A stretch of 64,000 bases of DNA from Podarcis pityusensis (lineage: Eukaryota): assembly GCA_964106645.2 (NCBI GenBank), contig OZ067048.1. One strand, 5' to 3'. Position numbers and translations under genes: made by a program. Shown piece after piece: positions 50,701-64,000 of this stretch. The stretch's first letter is position 1; every line of letters begins with the position of its first letter. The notes under the pieces were generated by a model. That model had not been told where the DNA came from, did not search any database, and saw nothing but the letters and a program-made list of their open reading frames with translations.

Positions 50701-53700
50701 GTCTCTCAATACATTCCGATTCAGAGCTAAAACGGCCCCTTTTCGTATATCCTCCCCCAGATAAATCAGATTACCTACCCCCGCTTCGTTCTGCGAGGAA
50801 CGCACTTTAGTTCCAGCAAAAAAGAAAAAGTGCTATTAAATAATGTTAAGAATCATACAGAATCATCATATAAATATCCCGATTAAAATAAAAGACAGCC
50901 TGCAAGCAAAATCTGAACTATGGCGTCTTTACTCTCTGCCAATTCATGTTGTAATCATGTTGTAATCTACTTAATGATTTCCCTCCTTTTTGGTGGCTGG
51001 ACCAAAATGTAGCTAATTTGTATTTGGGGAAACCTAATAAAAAAAAGCAACACACAACCCGGAGATTTGATACATGTTTTCATTAGTTGCAGGCAATGTA
51101 AATACGCACATGAGATCTAGCTTCACCAGAAATAGAAACTGGTCGTATTAAGTTAGCCTCCTTGTCACTCTTTCATGAATAGATCAAAACAATTATGAAC
51201 GATTTAAAGTGAAAATGCCACAAAATCAAATGTACGTTCTCTTTTCATCTTTTTTTTTTTTTTAGGTTTGTAAAGCCTGGGGGTCTGTTTCTGTATCTCC
51301 TACAGTCTAAATTTATTCTGCAAAATTACCTTCCGTGTTCTAAATTTATTCATTTCATTAAAGTAAGAAAACTGTTTAGAAATTTAAAAGCCTCGGTTGT
51401 TTCTATTGATTATATGATTAGGGATTCATTATATGGAAACTCCTCTCCTTAGAAAAAGTAATCTGAAAGTTTTGTATTGACAGGTACATGTATTAGAGTA
51501 TAAAGTACTTTTAATTTATTATTAATTCCAGATTTCAAATACTATTATTGTGATCGTCGTTACGTTTATAGAAACAGGAAGAGCGTATTCTTAAGTGTTA
51601 AAACAGCAATGCATATTAAAGACGTTCCTTTTTCAGAAGTCATTTTGTTGCATTCTCTTTTCTGGCTCAGTTTCTCAGAAATGCAGGTCTTTAACAACAA
51701 TCCACTACCACAGGGGAAGAAAAATAGGCTGGTTTGGTGCGACTCGCAACATTCGATAAATTACATGGTTGTTATTTCATTTTCTCCCCTTTAGTTAGAG
51801 CCTTTGTAAAATCTCAAAGTGTTAGGCTGTAACTAGGAGGCGCTGAAAACCTAAGGCGGAAAATTTACAACTTGATCAACTTCAAACCACACACACAGAG
51901 AAACACACAGACACACACACACGGCGCTACAGTTGCAAACATATGTTCCGGATTAAGTTAAGCAAACGGGTCTCGTTTTCCAAGGTAGAAAGCTGATAAT
52001 GAAATCTTAAATGCTGCAGAGTTTGGCTCTTGTTACGGCTTCACTTGCACCAACATGAACGAATCCCTCTACCTTTCTGGGACATTCCGGTTTTAGGTGC
52101 AGCTCCAGCAGAACCTCGCTCTGATTCTCTCCCTCCCTCCCCTAAAGCAATTCAAAGCGCACAGGTATCTCTTTCAGCAGTTGATCTCTAAAGAGCAGTG
52201 CTTTAAAGCAGGCAAGGCTCTTTCCCGTCTTTTGTGGGCCAGGCAGAACTGCCCATGGAGAAAGAAGCTGGGTTGCCTTGCTTAGTCTTAGAATATGTGC
52301 CTCCTCCTCTGAACGCTCTGGGGTCGTCAGCTTAAGCATCGTGCGGGTATGAAGGGAAGTAGAGAGTAGCAGAAAGAAACCTCTTTCAGAGAGCCGGTCC
52401 TGATGAGCAGGGAGCCACAATTATAATCGTTAATAAGGTGGGCCGGAGTGTAGCTTCTACTCAATAAGTGTATAGAGTTCATCTGCACATCTGAGGTTCA
52501 TTTCCATTGAACAGAATAAAGTTTGTCTTGTAGGGGCTGAAAGTCGAACCCATTATTACAAGGATGCTAGCGAATAAATGTGTGATATATGTATTTGTGC
52601 GTGCTCACACACAGAGAAACTCACACTCACATACTGTAGCACGTTAAAAGTAAAAAAAATTACTTAGGCTTGAGCACAGATAGATAAACAGGAAAATGAG
52701 AAGGAAATATCCACAATCATTCAGTGGAAGAGAGGCGACAGAAATGTGTTCCTGAAGCAAGACAGAGCTCAGAAGCAGCATCTGGTGGCAGCCCCATGTT
52801 TTCAAAACTTCCCTAAATGTAATTACTCTTGAAAATGTTCTTTGTCAAACTCCGCTATCCCAGTGGACTGTAATGAGGATCCTGCAACTTTATCCCAGAA
52901 TATTATACCCAAGGAGCTGACTATATCCCCCCCAAAAAATACCCAGTAGGCACTTAGGACATTAATGGGTGTCTATTGATTTCCGGAAAACTCTATTGAG
53001 GAATCCTTTCATATATCTAAGATATACATGAAACACTTTCATTTCACTAGATAGCCCAGGTAGTTTTGACGTTGACAAATGGCCAAAAGACAAGAAAAGT
53101 AATTTCAAACGACTTTGAAGGGTTACAAGAGGTAAGAAAGGGGGGGGGAGGAGAGAGAGAGAGTAATATTTTTCAACGCATGTCACGAATAAGAAAAAAA
53201 GAAAATAATCACAAGGTAAACCATAGCTGGGGAAAATAATTGAGGAGCAAATAATTGAAAATGCTTTCATGTTGGACACCCAATCTCTAGTCCCTTTTCT
53301 CTTTCCCCTTTCTAAGATTCCATTATTTTCTATATGTCTCCCATTAAAAGTTATTTTTAAGATTACTAACACGGACATGCACTCGCTAAATTGTTCAGGA
53401 TATGTTCAGGATATGTATGTTCAGAATAATGGAGGTGGGGGAGACACAAAGCAAAATTACCAGAAGAAAGAGGATTTCGTAAGAACTGAGATGAGAAGGT
53501 TTAATGCAGGATTGACAAAAGGGATTTTTTTGTTAGTCAGTGAGGCTCACGCTCCGGAGAAACCTAATATCCTAATATAGATCAAAGAAAGGAGCAAATA
53601 TTTAATACCGAAGGTGAGCTACCTCGAAACACAAATCCTTCCCCCTCTTAAATATGCAGACATCTAACTTTCACTCGGCCAATTAGTTGTCAATAATAAT

Positions 53701-56700
53701 AAGAATAACAATAATACAAAACTGGTTTATAGTAACATTGCTCACTATAACAATGTCTGAATTATGGTCTGGAATCAATTCGATTACTGATCAGAAAGCT
53801 ATCAGTATCCACGCTATAAAATATCCTGGTTAGATAGAAGATACCACGAATTAAAAAAATAAAAATAAAATACCACGGTGATCTTCACTTTCCCCAAATC
53901 AGAAGCGTGCAACAGGTTATTCCTCTGAAAGTTTAATTCCTAACCGTTCTGCCTCGGGGTTCCCTCTTACAAAAAACGAAAGCGGCCCCCTCCTCCTACC
54001 CAGGGCCGGTTGGCTAGTTGGGGGGAGCGAGTGGACCCTTTCCTTGGACTTTTTGTGGGTGCAAACGAAGATCAAGCAGAGAAAACAGAATTCCCCCTAC
54101 GAAGCTGCCCTATAGAGAACAGTGAAAACGGTGGTGCGCGTGTGTGTGAGCCGAACCGACTACAGGTGGGTCGAGAAGAAGGGATTCCATTTAATCCATC
54201 GTAACACGGATAAGGGGTCGTGATGACGAAAAGGGGGTTCGAGGTTTCCCTCGTGAACTTGCCGGCAAAGTTGATGCTGAAAACAGAATAATTTGACTCG
54301 GACGTTGGAGCGAACCCTTTTAATAAGCGAACTATGTTCTCCACAAGCTAGCAGAGAGAAGGCAGCGGTTTCTTTCATTTGAGGGGAGGAAAATAACCCT
54401 CAAATAACCCTGTTGTGGATATCTAAATATCCGTTTCCATGAATCTGGCTCATGATCCGTAATAGTATTTAATATTAGTAAGAGCACTGGGCTATAACTT
54501 TGCTTTCCTAATGCCCCAAAGCCATTCCAGTAAGTTCCTCCCCAATAACTCAAAAGCAGGGAGGTCTGTAACTCCTCGCTGTCGTTGCTCAGCTGGGGCT
54601 GGGGGCATTTATATTAAGGGGAAGCCAGAAAATCCTTAGCTATCCAACTTGCTCATCCCCCCTTACCCCTTTTTTTGTAATTTTGGACGGATCGGGGAAG
54701 CAAATGGGAAGGAATCGGATCTCTCAGCAAAAGAAGGCAGAGCGAGAACATTTTAATGAACAGAGAGCATCTTGTTGCATTTAAATAGCGAACACGTAAA
54801 TAGCTTGACTTTACAAGCTTGCACGGCTGCAAGTTGTTTGCTAAACTGGCAGGGATGTGATCAAAGAGGAAGAAAAAAGAGACATTATTTCTCTCTCTCT
54901 CTCTCTCTTTCTCCTTGCGCATAACTTGAATTAAAGGATGCGGAGACTGAGAGAGGGCTTAAAGTCCCGACGATCACAGCAGGTGGCGGGTCTGGAAGGG
55001 GGAAGTTGAAGGGAGGTAAAGTTACGGGGTTGAGACGCGCAGACTGGCCGACCCTTTAGCAAAGCGGGGAGGGTGGAGAGGGAGAAAGGGAGGGCTGCCA
55101 GGCTCTTAGGGCTCTGGCTCTGGGGTGCCTCTCCCGAGGCTGCAATTAACCAGCTGCCTGGCAGTCAGTGGGGTTGCATCGAGTAGGCGCGCATCAAAGA
55201 AGGGAAGCGGATCTGCTTTGCAACCAACCAGGAGGACCTCAGATCCCCGCCCCCACCAGTATCGCCTCTATAGCCAAGGGAAAGATGAAGATCGCATGGG
55301 AAGGGGGAAATGGCATGCACGCATCCCCGCAATGAGAGAGAGAGAGGAGGAGGAGGAGGAGGAGGTCTGGTTCTGGGCAAAGCTGGAAACCAAGGATGGG
55401 CAATGCGGGAATCTTGGCGGAAGGAGCTTAGGGAAAGGACAGAGGATGAAAACGAAATCGGGGGCCTGCGGGCAGTGGCATCAGACCAGGGCAGTGGCAT
55501 CGGACCAGAAGAGCACATGAGGTGGAAAGTCCTGAGAAGGGGGCATAAATGCATGGTTAACTCTCCCCCCTTCAAGGGAGATGAGAGGAAGCGCGGAGCA
55601 GGCGGGATTCAGGATACAAAAACGTCGTCTCTGAGAGCGAGGTCTTCCGCAGCCTGCTCCAGGCTTGGGCTGAACGAGGCAAGGAGAGGCTTGTTTAGGG
55701 CGAGGGCAGCTCAGAACTAGGAGCTGTCCATGGTGCTACAGAGAGTGGATGGCGCAAACCCAGCTCCGCTCCGCTTTTTCGGGTTCCCTGGCAGAGAGAC
55801 TGTCACAGCCTCAGTTGCTCTATCAAGGGGTTCCCAATTCGCATCCCTACCCCAGCCTGGTAAAAGTTTGGACACCTTCCCGCGGCTGACATGGTTTCTC
55901 TATTTTCTAAATCTTAACAGCCCAACTTGGGAGGCTCAGAAAACACCCGTATCATAACTGCCCACCCACTTTGGAAGCTGAAGGACTGAGTCGTTATCTT
56001 CCAACTTGCTTCCAAGTAGCAGATTAACATGGAAACCTGATCCTGATTCTTTAACACACTGAGTTTTAAGGAAAATCAAGGGTGAAATGAGAGATTCAGC
56101 AGGGCTAAACCGAGGGTTCCAGGGTTCCAGATTTCTTAGGTATCCTTTAAAGTGGCTTTAAGATGTGCAGATAGAGATGCCCGAATGAACACATGGTCAG
56201 CGATCCATGAAGCAGCTATTACGTCTTTCTTTATCCTCTCTTTTCTAGTCTATCTCTCTGTTAGCAGAAAAGCTACTCTGATTTGTGCCAAAGATCAGGA
56301 AAGGCGCACAGGAGTTAAATCGACGTTACTAATTAACAGGCTCTCAAGGTTCCCCTAGTTAGAAGAATTAATTAGGATGCAAAAGCAAACTTTTTAAGAT
56401 AAAGCCCTGCACCTATATTTAGGAAACGGAAAGTGAATTAACCAACTGGTTAATAACTGAGGGACAAGCCCAAACTTTTTTAAAGAACAAAAAAGTTCGA
56501 GGAGAAAGAGGAGGTCCGCCCGCGCACCCAGCCTCCAAACACTTGCACGTGAAGGTATTAGATACGATGTTACCCGCAAGATGCTTCTTAACTTGTTTTA
56601 AGTAGGAGTAAATCGCAGGCGGAACTGGGGCGAAATTAAGACTGGTGTGCGCTCCTTCTGGGTCTAGGGAACCCGTTCAAGGAATTCATTAAACGCAGAA

Positions 56701-58204
56701 GCAAAGAAACTTCTCTCATATTTTACTCTTTGTTCAACCGTGGTGATCCGAAGGGGCAGTAGACATTGCACTGGGTGGGTCGAAGCTCTGCTCTACTGTT
56801 CCCCCACAGGGGGAATTCGAAAGCAAAAGTTAGACGAAGGGCGTGAGATGGGCTTTTTGGGAGGGGGCAGAAGGGATTATGCGGAAGGAAGAGTGAAAAG
56901 TCTCCCCCCCCGCCAGCCAAGCAGGGCCTTTCCTTTCAAGCCTCGCGGGTCCAGCCTGGAGGGGGGAGCCGGGAACTGCTAGCCGGTCGTTCTCGTCGCC
57001 TGACCTCAACAGAGACCCAGGCATGTCGGGGCTGCAGGGAGAGCCTGGGAGGCAGGGGACCCTCTCATGGAGAGGCTAGCAAAACCTCGGCCGTCGGGGC
57101 GAGCGACCTGCTCCCTTTCCCCCAGGAAGCCGGGCCAGAGGCAGAGGGAACCTGAGGCAGGCTGGTCCTGAGCTGTCCAGAGCGGTCCCCCTTCGTGCCG
57201 CGAATATTCGCCTGTTGGATTCTCCCTCTCCAGCTCCCTGCGCTTCTTTTGAAGTTTCCCTCTTGTGAGGAGGAATGTCAGATGCTACTCCTCCAGCTGA
57301 GAGAGCCCGCATTCGCCATGGAGGTGAAGAGGCGAGGGCTTTTCTCTCCTTCTTCCCCCAGATTATTCTCATCTGATGCTCTGAAGGGGAAGAAGGCGAT
57401 CAACGGCCTTTTCATCCAGGGCGCGGGCAGCTCTCGTGGCGACTCCGGCCAAACCACCGCGGCTCCTTCCTGGGCGCAGAGGCTGCCTTGGCGGCGGGAC
57501 AGGCACAACTCCTGTCGGCTCCAAATGTCCAGCCTGCGCTCTTGCTCGAGGCTCGGGCTTAATCGTCCTCAGCCGAAGCTGTCGGGAAGCGAATGCTTAG
57601 TAAAGATCAGGAGAAATGTCCTACTTTCTCATCCCTTCGCCTCATTTTAGTTTTAAGTCACTTGCAGAAGAAGGACTCCGAATTCAGTTCCCCCAATGAA
57701 GGGGGACCAGCAGACCCCCAGGATGGGTTTCCTGCTCCGACCTCAACACCCACCCCCAGCCCCGCGACACACACTTTCCCCATTTTACCCCACAGGAATT
57801 TCCCGCCTGTTCTGCAGCGTCCTCAGTCAATTGGGTGTTTTTTCTCTCTCCTGTCCTTCTGGCTTGTGATCACTCCTAAATCCATTCTTCGCTCCAACCA
57901 TGCACGTTGATCACATTCCAAAATGATGGGGCCTCCCACGGATTTGGGTGCATTCAAGGACCAGAACAAATCCCGTTGCGAGGCTGGGGGTGATTAAGGT
58001 CGTCTTTACGTTTATTTAATTTTAAATATGATAGATCGATAGATTAGATGGCTTATACCCTCCCATCCCATCACTGATAAATGGAAGGAAAGCGGGATCC
58101 CAGCTTTAAACCCATGAGTTGTATATGGGAAGCAAACAACACGAACAATCCTATTTGGGGATCCGAGTGGGTCTGCGGGCCCTTTCTTGTTGCGAATGAG
58201 ATTT

Positions 58205-58279
58205 GGCTGCAATCCCGGACCCACTTTACCGGGAGTAAGCCCCGCTGAACGCTCAACATACACGTATAGGATTGGCCCC
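58205..58279. repeat. Copy of the same palindromic repeat
   Basis: GGCTGCAATCC...TTTACCGGGAGTAAGCCCCGCTGAA...TATAGGATTGGCCC. Confidence 0.55.
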
Positions 58280-60900
58280 TTACAGTATTTGGAGCAGGCA
58301 ACTGTCAACACGCAGAGGCGCTTCTTTTTGGAAATCTACTTTGAAGTGATGCTCGAGGGTCTCTGCCCCCGCCTCACTCTCCCCAGATCTACGTGTTAAT
58401 CTCTGGTTTCCCCCTTCAAACAGAATTCAGTTACAAAGAGCTTGGAAAGATTTTGCATCTATTGANNNNNNNNNNNNNNNNNNNNNNNNNNNNNNNNNNN
58501 NNNNNNNNNNNNNNNNNNNNNNNNNNNNNNNNNNNNNNNNNNNNNNNNNNNNNNNNNNNNNNNNNNNNNNNNNNNNNNNNNNNNNNNNNNNNNNNNNNNN
58601 NNNNNNNNNNNNNNNNNNNNNNNNNNNNNNNNNNNNNNNNNNNNNNNNNNNNNNNNNNNNNNNNNNNNNNNCAAACACACGCAATCCGAAACTGGAAAGA
58701 AAAGTGGAAAATGTGGGGGATTAGGAGCAATGACAGCGTTTGCAAAGTTTGGGGAAGTTCTTTTTTCACACTTTGGGGGACTTAAGTCAACAATTAGCGT
58801 GATCTGTCTATCAGATACACACAGAAATACACTCCGCATCCTTTAACAGGTTACTTTAACTTCAACTGGAATAGAAATTCGAGCGCAGGCACACAGACTG
58901 CCGTCGTCTTATATGACAGCTTTCAATTGTACTTGAGAATTGGTTCCTGAGGGGGGGAGAGAAGGGGGGGAGAATAAGTGCGCTTCCTCTGAGAAAAGAA
59001 ATATTTAAACGTCCCACTTTAGTTGATTAGGAATCCACGTCAACTCATATATTAGAATGAAGGTACTAAGCTGCATAAAAGGACCTTGCGGCATGCACAG
59101 AAACTCTCTTTGTCATGAACCCAAACAGAGTTTTACTTTAAAAGGACAGATACTAGCCAGGGGCCTGTCGACCTTATTTGTTCATCTGTAAAATGGGAAC
59201 ATTTTCTCAGGAACAAACTTCACGGGGTTATTGGGTGGTTAACAAATAATATGTTCGGTTAAAAGGAGACGGGGGTCCTGCAGAAATAAATCCTGGGATC
59301 ATATACTACAGATAGATATAGAGATATGGAGATATGGATACAGGCCCACCCAACCAGAAGTTGAAACCCGGTGCAACCTTTGATGTTAAACAGATCCTCT
59401 TAGCCGGCAAAACTAGAGCCCCATAGTCAGAATGTGTTCATAACTGTCCGTTCAGTTGCTTTGGTGCAAAACTGGGACATTCTTACAGGTGTTTTGCCTA
59501 GTCAAAGTAGAATGGAAAGTAAGAGCTTCTTCCACCTTCCTTTCGCGTTGCCCCTCTTCTTTCGCTCCATCCAGAGTTCGGCGTAACTACGAACTGGTCC
59601 AGTTGTATCGATTCTCTCTCTCTCTCTCCTTTAAGGCATTACAGATCTATGGCACTAAACTTGTTCTAAAACTTATAGCGGGGTGTTTCCTGGGCTGCAG
59701 CTACTTCACTGTCCCAAGTGAAAGAGGGACCCACTTTCAGGAGCCCAGTTCTATCCTGACAGCCTTGACAGCCTTGTTACCAGGAACAATCCTCTGCCTT
59801 CGCCCCTACCCCTTCCCGGACTGCCGGAGCGCTGTTTCAGCCGAGCGGTTTTAGCCCAGATTTATGGTAACTCCAGAAGACATCAGTTTGTGAACAGACC
59901 AGCGGTGTGAAACTTGGAGCCACCAATCCAAGGAGGAATCAATTAAACCAACCATTCGGTCATTAATTCCTCCCAAGTGTGTTTTAAAGGAGATCGTTGC
60001 TACTGCTACTGCTACACAGCTCAGGTGTCGAGCTAAAAGCTAAAATGCTTCAAGGGTGTGTGTGTGTGTTTCAGATATTTTGCATCACTGTCCCTCGACT
60101 AGGAGGTACACCGCCAGTCACAAACGCACGATCACAGTTTAATGCTGCTACAGTCTATAGCTGACTCTCTTACTTTTCCTAGAGTAATGAAGGCCTGGGA
60201 GAGGAGGGGATGCCAAGGGTCATTCGGGTGCTGTGGGATCCGTCCATTCTCCAGGGCCCACAAATTATATTCATGGAAAGGAGTTAAGAGACCTCCTTTG
60301 CAGTGGAGGGAAAATCTCTAGCCAGCAGCAGCAGCAGCAGCAGCAGAAAGGAGGGACAGGATTCCTCGCATTTCTGGGTCAGAATGTGCACTGATTTGGA
60401 TGGGGAAGCTTTTAGCTCAGGCCACCTTGGCAGATATCAAGGACATGCAAGTTCCCCCCCCCCTCCCCGCCAGAGGTAGTCAGGTTCGGTTTGGGAGCTA
60501 AGTTTTGATCAGGCTTAGCTCAGCAGACACAGAGCGGAGTCCATTGCACCAGGCATCCAGAATCACAGAAGCCACCAAAAAAGGGGACACGCCCCCTTTT
60601 CCCATCAGATCCTGGAGCTACACATCTCTCCCACCTTGTTGGTCCCATCCCAGAGCTTGGGCAGCAAACGCCCACTTGGAGGTCCTGCTCGTTAAACTGC
60701 CCGGCTTGTCCTTTATCAAAGATCCTGTAGGTCGATTTGGAGGTTTTTTAATCGATTTGACCCATTAGTAGGTAAGATTCAAATGCACACCAGAGAGCAG
60801 CGTGTCCAGAAAGGGCAGACTGCATAGCGGCGGTGGCTGGGAGTGAGCAGGGTCCCACGTGGTCGAAAGAAAGAAATAAGAACTGTGTAGGTCACGTGAA

Positions 60901-60990
60901 GGCTGCAATCCTATCTCCACTTACCTTCGAGAGAGCCTCATCCAACTCAGTGGGAGTAAGACTGACTTGTGACATGTCTGGGATGGATGG
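60901..60990. repeat. Degenerate copy of the same palindromic repeat
   Basis: GGCTGCAATCCTATCTCCACTTACC...CAGTGGGAGTAAG. Confidence 0.5.
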
Positions 60991-62214
60991 CTTACAGCGA
61001 AATTCTATACAACATGTCCCCTGTGAACTAGGTACTATTGTTCTCCAGGTAACCCTTCTTAGAACTGGACCCATTGCTAGAAGTCCCGGTCCAGGAATCC
61101 GCACTTCAGAATGAGCTTCTCCTTCTGTGACCTCAGGAAACTAGAAGGCTAGCTGGGTGGCGGAAGGGCTACTCCTTTGGGGAAAGGTCTTGGCCCTTCC
61201 CCTGGTGCCATCCATGTAAAAAGTGATTTCCACACCCAGGATGCCCCCTTTCCCAGCTTCTCCCACTTTCTAACGCCAGCAAGTTGCAATAAGAGGACAG
61301 TTGTGCAAGGAAGGAAAGCCACTCTTCCTTGGTTGGGGCTGACAAGCCTTAAGCGCCTTCCTAGAAAAGACCAGCGATGGCTCCAAGAGGAAAATGAACG
61401 AGCCTCATCCCATGCAGGCATCCCTTGAAAGACCCCTTGATTTAAACTGGGGAGAAGCCCATGTATGACCCTAAAAATGCTTCATAATTTGCTACTCGGG
61501 ACTTTAGCAGACGCGTGAAAGGTGTGGAGATTTTTATACATGGTAGAATTTCTGGCTCGGGTGAAATAAACGCTAAACTGGGAAAGCTCAAGCCCCGGAA
61601 CCTTTGCTGGATGCCACACAACACTTTCAAAGGTTTCCTTTTTTTGTTTTGGCTTTTGCACTCATATACGGAGGTACTGGGGATGCAGCCCCTCGGAACT
61701 TACTGGCGCCTCGTTTTGGGTAAGCGTGAATGGGACCGAACTGCATCACACGCGATTTTTTTTTATTTTTTTTGCAAAAGCTGGGGATATAATTTGTTTG
61801 GATAAAATGGTTCCTAAACATACCCTCCGCAACACCCATTTCGCAGGAATTCCCATGCACTGTGGTGCCCGATTCATCCTTTCGCTCTATATGTGCCTTT
61901 CCTCCCCAGCCCTTTTAACAGTAAACGCGATTTCCCCCGCCTCGCATTTTTGCAAGGCCTTGGATATTCGTAAACACGTTCAGAGGCCACGCAAATAATT
62001 CCCAGCCTTAAACGGCCCAGGTGGAGGAAGATCTTTCTTTCGCGGCTCGCTCTGCTGAGGGGCAACCGAGTCCGAGCGATCCTTCCTGGAAGCTGCTGCG
62101 CTCCCCTTGCTCCTGGCAAACGGGTTTTGTCCGGCCAGCAGCAAATGAACATCCCTTTGAGTTGTTGCGCCTGGCACAGTTGCTTAACAAGACCAGAGAC
62201 AAGAAAGTCACACC

Positions 62215-64000
62215 CGCATCTTAAAAGAGAAACCATTTTTTTATTGGTTCAGTGTAAACAGAAAGAGACAACCCTTTTAACAGCTCCCTGTGTGCTTTAC
62301 AGTTGGGTCCAGAAGCAGCGAGAACACAACCCAGGCAACGGCACGAGATACAGAACAAGGGGCTGGTGGGACCACACCGGAAGGAGTAGAAACCTCAACC
62401 GTGACACTTTGGAGAGGAGGAAAAAAACTCATTTGGTGAGATTTGGCACTTTGCAGAGCCCCAGAGGCTTTCACAAAAGACAGGGTAAAGTCTAAGGGTT
62501 GCTGTGGAAAAAGCCCACAAGATCACAGCTAAGGAAAGAAAAAGCATGGATAAGAAAAAAGACCAGGTCGACCGTCTACCACCCTGAAGCTGACGCTAAG
62601 GTGGGCCCAGGCGGGTGAGAGAGAGGAGCAGTTCCAGAGAACGGGGAAACAGGAGACGGGGACCATCAGGTGGGGGAGGTGGTCACCAGGGAAGCGATCA
62701 GGAGACTATTCCTGCCGCAAGCCTGCCCGACTATGGCTCGTTCATTCTCCCTGCACAGAAGAGTAGGTGTGCAACTTGCCAGTCTGAAAGGCTACCCCTT
62801 CACAGAGGAGAGGTGGTCAGGCGAGGAAGCCGACGCGCCGAGACAGGCCACCTTCACCTCTGCACTTGGAGCCACTTGACTCTGGCTTTGAATCTGCCCC
62901 CAGAGAGATGGCGCTGGCAGGTTTCCGATGGAAGGGAAAGCCCTTCTCTCTCTCTCTCCACTTTGCACCGACAGGGCCCCTTAACCCGAATTGCGCCCTT
63001 TGGGATAATCTTAACAGCAGCGCTTTCAAAGACGTGCGCCAACACGTCTGTTCTGAAATCCCAAAAGCTTCCCTTTCAAACGAGCTGGTGGTGGTATCTA
63101 ACGAAATCGCCCAGCCACTGAATGCATGCATGAGATGAAATGTGACCCCCTCTTTCGCTCGGGTAACATCTGAGAGGGGAGGCCAGGAAAAGTTCAAACG
63201 CTCCTTGGTGCCCCGGCGCGCCTACTCGAGCACCAGCCAGGCGCTGCTGCTCTGGAAGAGGCCGGGTCGCCGTCCGCTGGGGATCCCTCTGCGCAAGCCG
63301 CGCGCAGGGCAGCCACTCCCGGCAGTCAGCTGAGCCTCGTGGCCTGGCAGAGAAGGCGGAGAGGGCGCCCCAGGCTTGGAGTCCGGGTCGGGCAGAGCTT
63401 TGGGGGGTGTGAGATGAGGCCCATAGGGACCCCACTCCTTTTAGCCACACTGGCCACGAGTTTGGGGCTTAGAAGCCCGTGAATTTGCGGCGTTGGGTGG
63501 AAGGCAGACCCTACTGAGCATCATGGTAACTGGAAACACTCGGTGACAACCGAAGGACTTTTAGGTCTGCGTGGAATTATAAAGAGTCAGGACTCATTGA
63601 AAGCCATGAGGAATTTAAGGAATGTAAAAACGACGTCCTCTTGCTTATAACAAAAGTGATTAGCAACGTCAGTAATACATGCTTCTTTTCTTTCTTTCTT
63701 TTTTGCTATTAATATTTCACAGTGTCACCAGACGGTGAAGGTAAATCGAAACTGGCTTCAGGAGTTCAACAGACTGAGTGAGAAAAAAGATCTTTCGGCA
63801 GGGAGGGGGGAAAATCGCCCCTCCCGGCAAAGGCGGACCCTGTTTCAGCAAGGAATGGAAAACTCTGCTGCCCCGGCCTCGAACCGGGAGGCCCAGGGCG
63901 GAGAGGCGGCGTCCTGGGAGCGTCCAGGATCTTTAAAAAAGTTCTTCGCTATCTGATTTGTCACAAAATAGAGATTCTGTTAGAATAAAAAATAAACGTT
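62215..64000 (-). other. Possible distal 3' UTR end of the convergent neighbour FAM172A/ARB2A
   Basis: Minus-strand AATAAA (TTTATT at 62240-62245). Synteny expectation only; no coding sequence of that gene is in the window. Confidence 0.25.

Noticed and set aside
62277-63450. FAM172A/ARB2A coding exon
   Set aside because: No minus-strand ORF resembles its C-terminus as I recall it (ending RIKHEEL).

Overview
Vertebrate genomic DNA, most likely from a squamate (a lizard-type Sauria SINE is present; lacertid by inference). The only supportable protein-coding gene is NR2F1 (COUP-TFI) on the + strand: three coding exons (24045-24474, 27181-27708, 33344-33624) with canonical GT-AG phase-1 introns, giving 1239 nt or 412 aa, with a long GC-rich 5' leader and a 3' UTR ending near AATAAA at 34577. 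The rest is regulatory landscape. A CpG-rich, transposon-poor domain runs from about 5.2 kb to the window end, with many motif-dense candidate enhancers, CTCF-like sites and microsatellites. Recognisable young transposons are almost confined to the first 5 kb. Best leads: (1) an intron-1 alternative first exon (ATG TTC GGC TTC C|GTAAAT) that splices in frame to exon 2 and would give a 273-aa isoform lacking the DNA-binding domain; (2) three uORFs in the leader; (3) minus-strand splice signals suggesting a divergent NR2F1-AS1-like lncRNA; (4) five short N-runs, at least one of exact length, that may be masked highly conserved sequence rather than real gaps. Nearly all other ORFs in the track are GC or microsatellite artefacts. 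I see no evidence for a wholly novel system beyond these regulatory leads.
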